From: Parcubacteria group bacterium
GTDB taxonomy: Bacteria; Patescibacteriota; Minisyncoccia; Phycocordibacterales; 21-14-all-47-15
NCBI GenBank assembly: GCA_016181845.1
Contig: JACOYO010000003.1
Coordinates: 16,185-80,184, forward strand
Length of the DNA: 64,000 nucleotides
Direction: 5' to 3'
Made by a program: the position numbers and the translations under genes. The notes under the pieces were generated by a model. That model was not told the DNA's origin, made no database searches, and saw only the letters and a program-made list of their open reading frames with translations. Shown here piece by piece: positions 17,043 through 27,900 of this stretch (position 1 is its first letter; each line of letters begins with the position of its first letter).

Positions 17043-18632
17043 TTAAAAATATTTTCTGCTTCTTCGTAACGATTTTCTTGGCAGACAATAACGGCCATTG
17101 ATGATAAAAATAATGGCCCTTTTTCCATTCGCATATTGTACAACGTGCGAGTTGGAATGACTGCTTGGACCGCCTGCCTCATACTCAAGCATGCCTGTGC
17201 TTTTGCCAGCGCTATAACAACCGTCAATGATTCCAGCAGTATGATTGTGCCCTTTGGTAACCTTTATACCAATGGTTGAAAGATTTTTGGTTGTCCCGCG
17301 TGAACCATTCGGTCCATTATCGCCATGGAGACTGTACTCAACACCGGATAATACGAAACTTTCATCCGGTTTCAAAAACCGCACACGTTTCGCGGCAATT
17401 TTTTTGGCATATAATATGAAGGGGTCATCATACTCAATCCCCCTTTCTGTCATCCGAATGCTTTCCTTAGCCGTTATCGACATTTTAAGATAAAAGTCTG
17501 CATTCACGGGGTCAGTTTTGAAATTGGCTTCTTTCATCCATCTCGTCAAAGCGCGGTCATGATTGCTTGAAACAACTACTGATTTGCAGTTGCGCGGTGT
17601 ATGTTGATTTACAAAACGAACAGCATCTTCAACTTCTGTGCGAACGCATTCCTTGCCGGCTTTCCATTTGCCATAGCCGGTAAGCCAATCGTCTTTGTGA
17701 TGATGATTGCGGGTGTGGAAATCTAGAAGGTCGTGCCAAATCAAATGTCTCGGATTCAAGAGGGTTAGCAAACTGTTTTTCGCGGTAAAAGTCGCTTTCA
17801 CTACATGGGATGAAATAAATCGCTGATGCACGTCGCCCATGCTTATAGAAAGCGCCGGTTTTGCGCGCTTTATTCCTTCAGGAGTAAATTCCATATCAAG
17901 GTCAATAAAAGCGCCTTTTCTATCGGCATTCAGCTCCCGCACATAAAACACATCGCCGTCAATCTCCACAATCAACGCGCCGAAACAATGATTAAACGCG
18001 GCGATGACGCCTTGTTTGGTATCCGTGTAATTCGGCAATGTACAAGCACCAGTGGTAAGCATTAGTTTTGGGTGTTTGTGTTGCGGAGTCGCGATTGAAG
18101 AGAGCGCCCGATTCCCGTGTCCGACAATACCGCTCATGTTTTTGGTGAGCGTATCCATACGCGACAGCGGCATTCCCGCGGCCCATTGTATTTTTACGTC
18201 TCCCAAAATCATAATGCGGTCATTCAACGCGATTCTCCCACGGCAAAGATACGGAAGCACTTCCTTGCACCACCACTCATGCTCAATATTTTTTTGAGTC
18301 CATTGGCTCGTTGGATTTTTGTACCTTCCCGGAATAACCACGAGCTCGGCATTGTAAAATTTGGTTGCTTGTTGCAAAGATTGCCAAAATTTTGGATGAA
18401 TCGGCGTCGCGTTTTGAGCCGCCGTGATAATATATATTTTTGCCTTTGGCAGATTACTGCGCATCAATACCGGCTTAGACGGCAATCGCGGAGTGGTCGT
18501 CCGATGCCCGCATCCGGTGCAAAGATAGCGTGGATTAGAGGTCTGATTTGTGGTATGGCCAGCTTTCACCAAATTGGTGTCGCCACATTTCGGACAAGAC
18601 TTAGACTCTGATTGGTTTGGTTTTTTAGCCAT
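17043..18632 (-). CDS. Zn-ribbon + metallophosphoesterase protein resembling phage T5 A1 nuclease family
   Basis: CPKC...CTGC; ITAAQNATP, TTGACTLPNY, GDVH, HDLLD, SSNHD, HGDNGPNGSRG, GHNHT, YANGKR; SD AGGAGG. Confidence 0.72.
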   Translation of the reverse strand: MAKKPNQSESKSCPKCGDTNLVKAGHTTNQTSNPRYLCTGCGHRTTTPRLPSKPVLMRSNLPKAKIYIITAAQNATPIHPKFWQSLQQATKFYNAELVVIPGRYKNPTSQWTQKNIEHEWWCKEVLPYLCRGRIALNDRIMILGDVKIQWAAGMPLSRMDTLTKNMSGIVGHGNRALSSIATPQHKHPKLMLTTGACTLPNYTDTKQGVIAAFNHCFGALIVEIDGDVFYVRELNADRKGAFIDLDMEFTPEGIKRAKPALSISMGDVHQRFISSHVVKATFTAKNSLLTLLNPRHLIWHDLLDFHTRNHHHKDDWLTGYGKWKAGKECVRTEVEDAVRFVNQHTPRNCKSVVVSSNHDRALTRWMKEANFKTDPVNADFYLKMSITAKESIRMTERGIEYDDPFILYAKKIAAKRVRFLKPDESFVLSGVEYSLHGDNGPNGSRGTTKNLSTIGIKVTKGHNHTAGIIDGCYSAGKSTGMLEYEAGGPSSHSNSHVVQYANGKRAIIFIINGRYCLPRKSLRRSRKYF

Positions 18633-18775
18633 CGTCTCCTCCTTTTTCTAAGTTTTCAAAGAAAATCTACTGTCTGAAGCGTAACAAAAAAGCGCCTCTT
18701 TGGATGCGTGACGCGCTGTGGATAAGTGGCCGTGCAACAATTTTTTCTTTCTTGCAAGAAGAAAAATTGCCGTTT

Positions 18776-19060
18776 CTATACCCCCAATATATCCCGCAGT
18801 CCTTTCGGAGCAGTCCACGGCGGGTCAAAGGTGATGTCCACCTTGACTGCATCGGGTTTTAGTTCGTAAATTTTTTCTTCAACTTTTTCAACTATTTCAT
18901 TGCCAAATGGGCAAAATGGTGTCGTGAGCGTCATAAGCACTCCCACTTCCCCATTCTCTATGGAGATATCGTAAATGAGCCCGAGAGTATACACATCAAT
19001 ATCAAGCTCCGGGTCTTTTACTTCTTTCAATTTTTCTATCACGAGTTCTTTGGTAATCAT
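18776..19060 (-). CDS. Fe-S assembly factor (DUF59/MIP18/SufT-like)
   Basis: VKDPEL, LGLIYDI, MTLTTPFCP, FDPPWT. Confidence 0.9.
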   Translation of the reverse strand: MITKELVIEKLKEVKDPELDIDVYTLGLIYDISIENGEVGVLMTLTTPFCPFGNEIVEKVEEKIYELKPDAVKVDITFDPPWTAPKGLRDILGV

Positions 19061-19821
19061 ACGGATGTGTTTTTATCATTTTTATCGGCACAAAGCAATT
19101 TCGTATACCCTTTTTCTTCAATCTCTTTTGCGAGTTCTGTGCCGCCGGAGCGAACTATTTTTCCTCCATACATAATATGCACCACATCAGGCGAGAGACG
19201 TTTCAAAATCGCGTCATAGTGCGTAATGAGTAGAAAGCCGGTGCCATTTTCTTTGGCAAGCGTTTGTATAGCCGAATAAATCCGCACGATAGCGTCTTTA
19301 TCAACTCCGGAATCTATTTCATCTAAAAAAGCGAACGCCGGTTTTAGGACTGCAAGCTGAATAATCTCGGATTGTTTTTTTTCACCACCCGACATGCCAA
19401 CATTCACTTGCCGTTTCAAGAGTGAAACATCAAATCCTAATTTTTCGGTAATTTTTTCCGCGTACGAATAAAAATCAAGCACCGGCATTTTTGCGCCGGC
19501 AATATGCTGATGCGCTTTATGCAAAAAAGAGATAAGCGTAACCCCATGTATTTCAGGCAGTTGCTGAAGTGACAAAAACAATCCGGCCCGCCCTTTTTCA
19601 TCAGGAGACATACCGATGATATTTCTTCCGCCCAAAAGCATTTCGCCCGACACAAGCGTATACCGCGGATGCCCCATTACCGCATTCACCAAACTGCTTT
19701 TTCCGGAACCGTTTTGCCCCATGAGAATATGGATTTCCCCGGGCTTAATTTCCATATTCACTCCAGACACAACACTCTTTCCACTAGCCGATACGGTAAT
19801 ATTTTTTAATAATACGGTCAT
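19057..19821 (-). CDS. sufC: Fe-S cluster assembly ATPase SufC
   Basis: GQNGSGKS, MSGGEKK, LDEIDSGVD, LITHY. Confidence 0.92.
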   Translation of the reverse strand: MTVLLKNITVSASGKSVVSGVNMEIKPGEIHILMGQNGSGKSSLVNAVMGHPRYTLVSGEMLLGGRNIIGMSPDEKGRAGLFLSLQQLPEIHGVTLISFLHKAHQHIAGAKMPVLDFYSYAEKITEKLGFDVSLLKRQVNVGMSGGEKKQSEIIQLAVLKPAFAFLDEIDSGVDKDAIVRIYSAIQTLAKENGTGFLLITHYDAILKRLSPDVVHIMYGGKIVRSGGTELAKEIEEKGYTKLLCADKNDKNTSV

Positions 19822-20213
19822 ATTTTTTTAGAATTATGGTTTTGATATTGCTCCAGACCTTTTTCTAGAGCGCGGTACGCGAGAAGAGCGCACGGCTCAC
19901 GCGCAGGATTTATTGAAGAAATACCGAGCAACATATATATGTCTTTTGGTGTTATTTTTTGGAGTTCTTTTTTGGTCATCCCTTTTATTTTTTCAGTAAG
20001 AAGCGACGCTCCGGCTTGGCTGATAGCGCATCCGCTCCCATCAAATGAAACCTCTTTAGCACGCCCGCTCGCGTCAAAAAGTATATAGAGCACGAGCGTA
20101 TCGCCACACGACGGATTTGAACCGTCTTGTTTGATATCAAACAAAAGAAGCGCGCCTTTGTTCCGCGGATTTCTATAATGGTCTAAAATATGTTCTTTGT
20201 ATAATTCTTCCAT
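19818..20213 (-). CDS. sufU: SufU/IscU-type scaffold protein
   Basis: ILDHYRNPRNKG, NPSCGD, GCAISQA, CALL. Confidence 0.9.
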   Translation of the reverse strand: MEELYKEHILDHYRNPRNKGALLLFDIKQDGSNPSCGDTLVLYILFDASGRAKEVSFDGSGCAISQAGASLLTEKIKGMTKKELQKITPKDIYMLLGISSINPAREPCALLAYRALEKGLEQYQNHNSKKI

Positions 20214-20228
20214 AACTACAGTATACTG

Positions 20229-20402
20229 ATTTTCCGCGCTTTTTCTTCAATCAGAATGCTTCGCGTCTAAAAAATGATATTCGTTTTGCTTTACGAAAAA
20301 TGAAAAACTCCTCGCAAGACTCGTCAAACAATTTCATTTTTCTACAAAACTCGTTCATTTTTAAAGCCGCTACGCAATGATTTCAGAAAAAGCGCGGAAA
20401 AT
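20229..20402. mobile_element. 174-bp MITE-like element between sufB and sufU
   Basis: 18-bp perfect terminal inverted repeats ATTTTCCGCGCTTTTTCT / AGAAAAAGCGCGGAAAAT and nested internal stems. Confidence 0.6.
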
Positions 20403-20413
20403 TTGTTTTTTTA

Positions 20414-21739
20414 TCATACACTCATCTCTATCAGCTTGTTCATCTCAACAGCATATTCAAGTGGCAGTGCTTTCACAATCGGCTCAATGAATCCGCCCAC
20501 CGCGAGCCGCACCGCATTTTCTTCGCTGAAGCCGCGGCTTTTGATATAAAAAAGTTCATCGTCGCCCAATCTCCCGACGCGCGCCTCGTGTGAAATATCC
20601 GCGGTTTGACTTTCGTCTTTGATAGATGGGTAGGTATCGGCCGATGACTCATTATCTAAAATAAGCGAATCGCACGACACCGATGAGCGCGCATTTTCTG
20701 TTTTCGGCAACACACGCACCAATCCGCGATAAACCGCCGTCCCGCCTTTGGTTGAAATTGATTTTGAACGAATCGTGGAAACCGTATCGGAAGCCACGTG
20801 TACCGCTTTCGCCCCAGTATCTTGGATTTGCCCTGAAGCGGCGAGCACAATGCTTAAACTGTCTGATTTCGCACGCTTTCCCAAAAGTACGGATGACGGA
20901 TAAAGCATGGTCACCGCGCCTCCCATATTACCGTTTATCCACTGTATTTCAGCGTCTTCAAACACCAGCGCGCGTTTTGTATTCAGATTGTACGTATTTT
21001 TTGACCAATTTTCAACGCTGATGTATTTCATTTTTGCGCCCTTTTTTACAAAAAGCTCAACACAGCCTGCGTGGAGAGACGAGCGCGTGTACGACGGCGC
21101 CGAACATCCTTCTATGTACGACACTTCCGAACCTTCATCTGCAATAATGAGCGTATGCTCAAATTGCGCCGACGCTTCTTTGTTCATTCGAAAATACGCC
21201 TGGAGCGGAAGCTCCACTTTCACTCCATGCGGCACATAGATAAACGTGCCACCGCTCCAGAGCGCCGCGTGAAGCATGGTAAATTTATGGTCGTGCGCCG
21301 GCACACATGTGGTCATGAAATATTCTTTCACCATTTCCGGATATTTTTCAAGCGCCGTGTCCATATTTTCAAAAATCACTCCCTGTGCCTTGAGTGATTC
21401 TTTGAGATGGTGATAGACAACCCCAGAATCATACTGCGCGCCGGCACCGCTTAATGCGTGCTTTTCCGCTTCCGGAATACCGAGCTTTTCAAACGTCTCT
21501 CTGATTTCAGACGGCACTTCATCCCACGACGTTGTCTCTTTTGAGCCCGGAGCCGTAAAATAGCTCATGTTTTCAAAATCAAGCCCGCTTAAATCGGGCC
21601 CCCACGTTGGCAATGTGGTTTTTTGATATAACTCGTACGCTGTAAGCCGTTTTTCAAGCATCCATTTCGGCTCTTTTTTGAGCGCGGAAATATGCCGAAT
21701 CAATTCTGGAGAGAGCTTTTTGCTTTGGTCTTTCGTCAT
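20414..21739 (-). CDS. sufB: Fe-S cluster assembly protein SufB
   Basis: LGIPEAE, GAGAQYDS, WSGGTFIYVP, PLQAYFRMN, QFEHTLII, YIEGCSAP, LPLEYAVEMN. Confidence 0.95.
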   Translation of the reverse strand: MTKDQSKKLSPELIRHISALKKEPKWMLEKRLTAYELYQKTTLPTWGPDLSGLDFENMSYFTAPGSKETTSWDEVPSEIRETFEKLGIPEAEKHALSGAGAQYDSGVVYHHLKESLKAQGVIFENMDTALEKYPEMVKEYFMTTCVPAHDHKFTMLHAALWSGGTFIYVPHGVKVELPLQAYFRMNKEASAQFEHTLIIADEGSEVSYIEGCSAPSYTRSSLHAGCVELFVKKGAKMKYISVENWSKNTYNLNTKRALVFEDAEIQWINGNMGGAVTMLYPSSVLLGKRAKSDSLSIVLAASGQIQDTGAKAVHVASDTVSTIRSKSISTKGGTAVYRGLVRVLPKTENARSSVSCDSLILDNESSADTYPSIKDESQTADISHEARVGRLGDDELFYIKSRGFSEENAVRLAVGGFIEPIVKALPLEYAVEMNKLIEMSV

Positions 21740-21881
21740 TATTGACACTATACCTAAAATATGACGAATTGTAAATAAACTACACTAAAATTATTAACAT
21801 ATCTTGTCTACTATGCCAGTATACTGGCATAGTGAAGATAAGAATATATTATTAAGAAATATGTTCTTTTAGATACGCGTG

Positions 21882-23156
21882 TTAGTAATTCCGCAGACGG
21901 TTTGATTTTTGATGCTGGCGGATTTTGTCGTGGGCTTTGGCTTCAATCTGGCGGATGCGTTCACGAGTAACGCCGAATTCTTTGCCCACTTCTTCAAGCG
22001 TATGCACAATACCATCGGTTAAACCATGCCGCATTTCAAGAATTTTTCGCTCTTTCGGAGTCAGGTCGTCAAGAATTTCTTTGACCTGGTCGGATAAAAT
22101 TCTACGCGATGCTTCCTGGTCTGGAGACAAAATTTTTTCATCGGGGATAAAATCGCCGAGCGTAGATTTTTCATCCTCGTCATCAACCGGTTTCTCAAGC
22201 GAAATCGTGTCTTGGTCAATCTGCTGAATGGTATGGATTTTTTCCACCTCTATGCCCATTTCGGTCGCCACTTCTTCTGGCAGTGGGTCGCGCCCTAGGT
22301 CTTGCGCGAGCCGTCGCGCCACTTTTTTGTATTTTGCAATCGTTTCAACCATGTGCACCGGAATACGGATAGTGCGCGATTGGTCCGCGAGCGCCCGAGT
22401 AATCGCCTGCCGTATCCACCACGTCGCATACGTTGAAAATTTATACCCCTTGGTCCAATCAAATTTTTCAACCGCTTTGAAAAGCCCGAGATTCCCTTCT
22501 TGAATCAAGTCAAGCAATGTCATGTCATGGCTCCTGCCGATATATTTTTTTGCAATGGAAACAACCAAACGCAGGTTTGCTTTCGCAAGCATCGCGCGCG
22601 CTTCTTCATCTCCTTTTTCTATCCGCTTGGCGAGCTCTTTTTCTTCAGCTCCAGACAACAGCGTATACCGTCCGATTTCTTTCAAATACATCTGAACGGA
22701 ATCATACGAGCCGTCTTTTGTGTATTCATATCTCCCCAGCGGCTTTTCTTTTTTAGCGTCTTCGAGCAAATCCCCGCCATCAACAACGCCGATTCCCACC
22801 TCTGCAAAACGGTCATAAAGACGGTCAAGAAACGAGATGTCGTCTTCTATGTATGGAAACGCTTTCAGCAATTCCGCGTACGTGATAAATTTCCGCTCTT
22901 TTCCTTTTGAAATCAATTCAGCAACCTTTTCTTCAACAGAACGCTTATCACGCGTCTTTTTTTTGTGCCCCACTCCGGATGAAACGGTTGTCCGCGCTTT
23001 AAGCAAAAGAGCTTTTTGTTTTTTTCTGCTAGACGCGCGCAGAGCCTTGCGCGCGGCATTCTCGGTCTTCTTCTTTTGTCTTATGCCATCTGCTTTGCGG
23101 ACAAGACGAGCGCCGCGGCGCGTTTTTTTTTCGATTATAGATTGTTTTGTCGGCAT
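21882..23156 (-). CDS. rpoD: Primary sigma factor RpoD with long basic N-terminal extension
   Basis: [69 protein letters not shown]. Confidence 0.95.
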   Translation of the reverse strand: MPTKQSIIEKKTRRGARLVRKADGIRQKKKTENAARKALRASSRKKQKALLLKARTTVSSGVGHKKKTRDKRSVEEKVAELISKGKERKFITYAELLKAFPYIEDDISFLDRLYDRFAEVGIGVVDGGDLLEDAKKEKPLGRYEYTKDGSYDSVQMYLKEIGRYTLLSGAEEKELAKRIEKGDEEARAMLAKANLRLVVSIAKKYIGRSHDMTLLDLIQEGNLGLFKAVEKFDWTKGYKFSTYATWWIRQAITRALADQSRTIRIPVHMVETIAKYKKVARRLAQDLGRDPLPEEVATEMGIEVEKIHTIQQIDQDTISLEKPVDDEDEKSTLGDFIPDEKILSPDQEASRRILSDQVKEILDDLTPKERKILEMRHGLTDGIVHTLEEVGKEFGVTRERIRQIEAKAHDKIRQHQKSNRLRNY

Positions 23157-23163
23157 AATTATA

Positions 23164-24882
23164 TTATTTATCAAAAACCATGAGCAACTCAATGGCGGCG
23201 GTTAATCTTTGATATTCTTTGAGAAAATCCTCTGCTTGCTCCGTGTTGTGTTCGCGTTCAGCGCGGCGAAGCAGGAGCGCGACGCGTTCCCGCGCGTCAA
23301 TCGTATAGGCAATTTCCAGATTAATAAGCAATTCTTCAACTTCTTTTTGTAATACATCGCGGTCTCGCGATATTTGTTCAGCTTCAAAAATATATTCATT
23401 TTTTTCTGCCGTATCAAGCGCCAGCGCGCCGGCGTAGCGGTCTTCTCCGACAATACGCCTATAGGCGTCTTTTATTTTCGCTACCTCTATCATAGCGTTA
23501 TCTTGGCTTTCTTGCCAGAACATAATCCCCAAAAGATTTCGCTCTATCTTTTCTTTGCGCGGCATGTTGACTTCCGTCATCCGTTTTTCTGCCATGACTG
23601 CTGACGATTCTTTTTTTTGTAGAGCCGCGCGGCGCATTTCTTCCCACACTGGCTCTTCCCCAACCCCCAAAAATCGGGCAATTTTTGTCACAAATTGCGC
23701 GCGAGCTATACTGCTTTTTATTTTGGCGACATACGGTATCACTTTTTGTTCAATGCCTGAACGCAACAACCGCTCGTCGGTATATGTACTGCGCAAAAAG
23801 GTCAAGTAAAAATCAACCACATGCTCCGACTCTTTCACTAAAGCGCTCCAGCGCGACGCATCGCTACCGATAATATCCGCCGGGTCGGCGCCCGATGGAA
23901 GCGCCGCCACCTTGCTATCCATACCGCATTCCAACGTATGCATCATTCCGCGGTCAAGCGCACCTATGCCAGCCGCGTCACCGTCAAAAGCAAAAATAAT
24001 CGTATTGGCAAAACGGCGGATTGCCTGTACGTGATGCTCGGTAAGCGCGGTGCCGGAAACCGCCACCGTATTTGAGAATCCCGCCTGGTGCGACAAAATA
24101 AGGTCTACCTGCCCCTCCACTAAGATACAAGTATTTGTTTTTTTCATCGCCGCTTTTGCTTTATCATATCCGTATAAGGCGTGTGATTTATCATACAAAA
24201 CCGTTGCCGGTGAATTGACATATTTGCCGGCATGCTCTGCTTCCGCGCCAAATATCCTGCCGGAAAAAGCAATAATTTTCCCAGAATAATCAAAAATCGG
24301 AAACATAATTCTGCCCCTAAACCTGTCATAGTATCCTTTTGGGTTTGAAATCGTAAGTCCCGCTTTTTCAATCATCACGTCGGAAAATCCGCGCTCTTTC
24401 AGGTGCGCGTATAATTGCCGCCAATCATCCGGAGCATAGCCGATTCTAAAAAGAGCTACTGTCTCTCTCGCAACTTTTCGCGACAAGAGATATTCAATTG
24501 CGTGAGAATTCTGCGCGAGTTTCTTTTCAAAAAAAAGCGCCGCGGCTTCCAAAACGCCATAGAGCGCCTCTTTTTCTGAATATTCTTTTTTATCATACGG
24601 AGCGAGCTCAACGCCTGCGCGTTCAGCCAAAAGTTTAAGAGCGCCGGAAAAATCAAGCCCTTCTATTTCCTGGACGAACGTGAATATGTCGCCTCCCTTG
24701 CCGCATCCGAAACAATGAAAAGTCCCTCGTGCTTGAGAAACGATGAAAGACGGGGTTTTTTCGGAATGAAACGGACAAAGAGCTTTGATACTGTTTCCGG
24801 CTCGCCCAAGCTTTACATACGATTCCACAACATCCGTAATGCTTAACCGTTCTTTGATTTGTTCAACGGTTGATGATGACAT
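23164..24882 (-). CDS. dnaG: DNA primase
   Basis: [11 protein letters not shown]...[34 protein letters not shown]. Confidence 0.96.
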   Translation of the reverse strand: MSSSTVEQIKERLSITDVVESYVKLGRAGNSIKALCPFHSEKTPSFIVSQARGTFHCFGCGKGGDIFTFVQEIEGLDFSGALKLLAERAGVELAPYDKKEYSEKEALYGVLEAAALFFEKKLAQNSHAIEYLLSRKVARETVALFRIGYAPDDWRQLYAHLKERGFSDVMIEKAGLTISNPKGYYDRFRGRIMFPIFDYSGKIIAFSGRIFGAEAEHAGKYVNSPATVLYDKSHALYGYDKAKAAMKKTNTCILVEGQVDLILSHQAGFSNTVAVSGTALTEHHVQAIRRFANTIIFAFDGDAAGIGALDRGMMHTLECGMDSKVAALPSGADPADIIGSDASRWSALVKESEHVVDFYLTFLRSTYTDERLLRSGIEQKVIPYVAKIKSSIARAQFVTKIARFLGVGEEPVWEEMRRAALQKKESSAVMAEKRMTEVNMPRKEKIERNLLGIMFWQESQDNAMIEVAKIKDAYRRIVGEDRYAGALALDTAEKNEYIFEAEQISRDRDVLQKEVEELLINLEIAYTIDARERVALLLRRAEREHNTEQAEDFLKEYQRLTAAIELLMVFDK

Positions 24883-24974
24883 AAACGTTCAAACTAATTG
24901 ATGTTACAAAGGTTACAAAGGAGAAGCCTTTGTAAGTTATCCACAACGAAGGAGGAACCTTTGTAAAAACCTAT

Positions 24975-27900
24975 TTATTCTGCCGGTGAAATTTCTTCTT
25001 CTTTTGCTATCTCGTCTTGATGATGCGCCTTACTGCGAAATCCGGTGCCCGCCGGTATCAATCTCCCGATAATAACATTTTCTTTCAGGCCGCGCAGATG
25101 GTCACTGCCTCCCCTGATTGCGGTATTGATAAGCGTGCGCGAAGTGTACTGAAATGACGCGGCAGACAAAAAACTTTGCGTGGTGAGAGACACTTCGGAA
25201 ATGCCGAGTAGCACGGGTTCGGCTTTTGCTCCTTCTCCGCCTGATTGCGCGACTTCCTTATTTTCTTTTGTGAGCTCAACACCGCCGACAATCTCTCCCG
25301 CTCCGAATTTGGTATCACCCGGGTCTTTCACGCGTTTGCGTGAAAACATCTGGCGGATAATCACTTCAATATGTTTTCTTGAAATGGATGCTCCCTGCAA
25401 TTCGTATACTTTGTTTATTTCATGAATAATATAATTTTCAGCGCGCTCTTTCCCTCCATATTTGAAAATTTCTGAAATATCCGCCTGCCCGTCGGTCAAC
25501 AAATCACCTTTCTTGATTTTATCACCCGCCGCGACAATGGGCATACGACGAAACGGTATGGCGTATTCTATCGTACCGGCTTTTTTGTCAGTCTTTTTGA
25601 CCGGAGCATCGGAAAGCACTGCGATGGTGTGTTCTTTTCCTTTAGTAACGACTTCCATCACTTCGCCATCCGAAGTGCTGACCACCGCCGGAATTTTCGG
25701 GCTTCGCCGTTCAAAAATTTCTTCAACACGCGGGAGACCCATAGTGATGTCGCCACCAACAGATGCAATGCCTCCAGAGTGGAAGGTACGCATTGTGAGT
25801 TGTGTGCCCGGCTCGCCGATTGCCTGCGCGGCGATAATGCCGACCGCTTCACCAAGAGCGACGAGGTGATTTCTTCCAAGGTCAAGACCGTAACACTGCC
25901 TGCATATTCCGGTATCTGAAGTGCAACGCAATGGAGAGCGCACCTCTGCTGAAACAATTTGACGTTTTTCAATTTCCTGCGCCATTTCTTTGGTCACCAG
26001 CGAACCGTGCTTATAAAGAATGGTGTCGTTTTCATCTTTGATGTCCGAGGCGAGCACCCTTCCACGCACATTGCGCGAAAGCGGCACGTGAATTCCCGAC
26101 ACATCTTCGGCGGTAATCGTGATTGATTCCTTTGTGCCGCAATCCTCTTCCGCGATAACCACATCCTGCGACACATCCACCAAACGGCGTGTAAGATATC
26201 CTGCTTTCGCGGTGTTTAAGGCCGTATCGGCAAGTCCTTTTCGCGAACCGTGCGTCGTGATGAAATATTCAAGCGGCGACAACCCTTCTTTATTGGAAGG
26301 AATAACAGGAAAATCAATCGCTTCTCCTGCCGTATTGACGATGATGCCTTTCATGCCGCTCATCTGCACGATTTGTTTCAAAGAACCGCGCGCTCCGGAC
26401 GAAACCATGTCGCTCACCGAGCCATCTGTCTCAAGCGTTCCTGGAATAATTTTTTCAATTTCGCTTACAACCTGTTGCCAGACTTCAATCACTTTTCTCC
26501 GTCGTTCCTCGTTAGAAAGAAGGCCCTCGTTGTATTGTTTCCAAATTTCATTTTCTTTCTCGCGCGCCGCGGCGATAATTTCTTTTTTTTCTTTCGGCAC
26601 CTTCACGTCATCAATACCCCACGTAATGCCCGATTTGGTCACATAGCGATATCCGAACGCTTTAATTTTATCAAGCACCGGTGGCGTGGCATCAATACCA
26701 TAACGAGCGATGAGATCCTCAATAATGTTCCCCATCTCTTTTTTATCAACGGCTTTGTTTATATATGGAAAATCTTTCGGAAGTACGCTGTTGAAGAGCA
26801 GGCGTCCGACGGATGTTTCAAAGACCCCCCCTTCAAACGCTTGGTATTTGGGGCTGTCGGTACTCATCACTTTCATTTTTGCGCGAAAACCAACGCGTCC
26901 AAAATCATACGCGCTAATCGCATCGTTCGGGCTTGCAAAAAATAATCCTTCTCCTTTATCTCCCGAAACTATTTTGGTCATCCAGTAGCATCCGAGCACC
27001 ATATCAAGCTGTGGATTTACAATCGGATTGCCGTTGCCAGGCTTGAGAAGATTTTTTGCCGCGGACATAAGCTCTCGCGCCTCGCGCTGTGCATGTTCCG
27101 ACAATGGCACGTGCACAGCCATTTGGTCGCCGTCAAAGTCTGCGTTGAATGCCGTACACACAAGCGGGTGCACCTGAATTGCGTTGCCTTCAATAAGCAC
27201 AGGCTGAAACGCTTGGATACCAAGACGGTGCAAGGTCGGCGCGCGATTCAAAAGCACATATTTGTCGCGGATGACCTCTTCAAGCATTGCCCACACTTCA
27301 GGAATACCTTCATCTATCAAACGTCCTGCTCCGCGGATGTTAAATGCCAATTCATTTTTGAGCAGTTTTGCAATAACAAATGGTCTGAATAATTCAAGCG
27401 CCATGTGTTTTGGCAAGCCGCATTGGTGCAGTTTCAAATCAGGTCCAACAACAATCACCGAGCGCCCTGAATAGTCAACGCGCTTGCCGAGTAGGTTTTG
27501 TCTGAAAAGACCGTGTTTGCCTTTCAGCGAATCGGAAAGAGACTTGAGAGCGCGCTTTTGCGACGCGCTGATTGCCGCTCCGCCGCTCCCGACGCCATGC
27601 CGTATTGAGTTGTCTATAAGCGCGTCAACTGCTTCCTGCAAAATACGTTTTTCATTGCGCAAAATTACATCAGGCGCGCCGATTTCTTTTAATTTTTTCA
27701 GGCGATTATTGCGATTGATAACACGGCGATAGAGGTCGTTCACGTCAGAGGTCGCGTGACGGCCTCCTTCAAGCGCCACCATCGGGCGGAGCGCTGGCGG
27801 AGTGACTGGAATTGCCGTCAAAAACATCCATTCAGGACGCACCCCTGAATGAAGCATCGCCTTAACGAGCGAAAGCTTTTTATGAAGACGCTGACGGTCT

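Noticed and set aside
16485-18632. Prophage
   Set aside because: No integrase, terminase, capsid or tail genes; flanks are cellular genes
24937-24945. oriC from DnaA boxes
   Set aside because: Boxes are isolated and dispersed, with no cluster or dnaA/dnaN nearby
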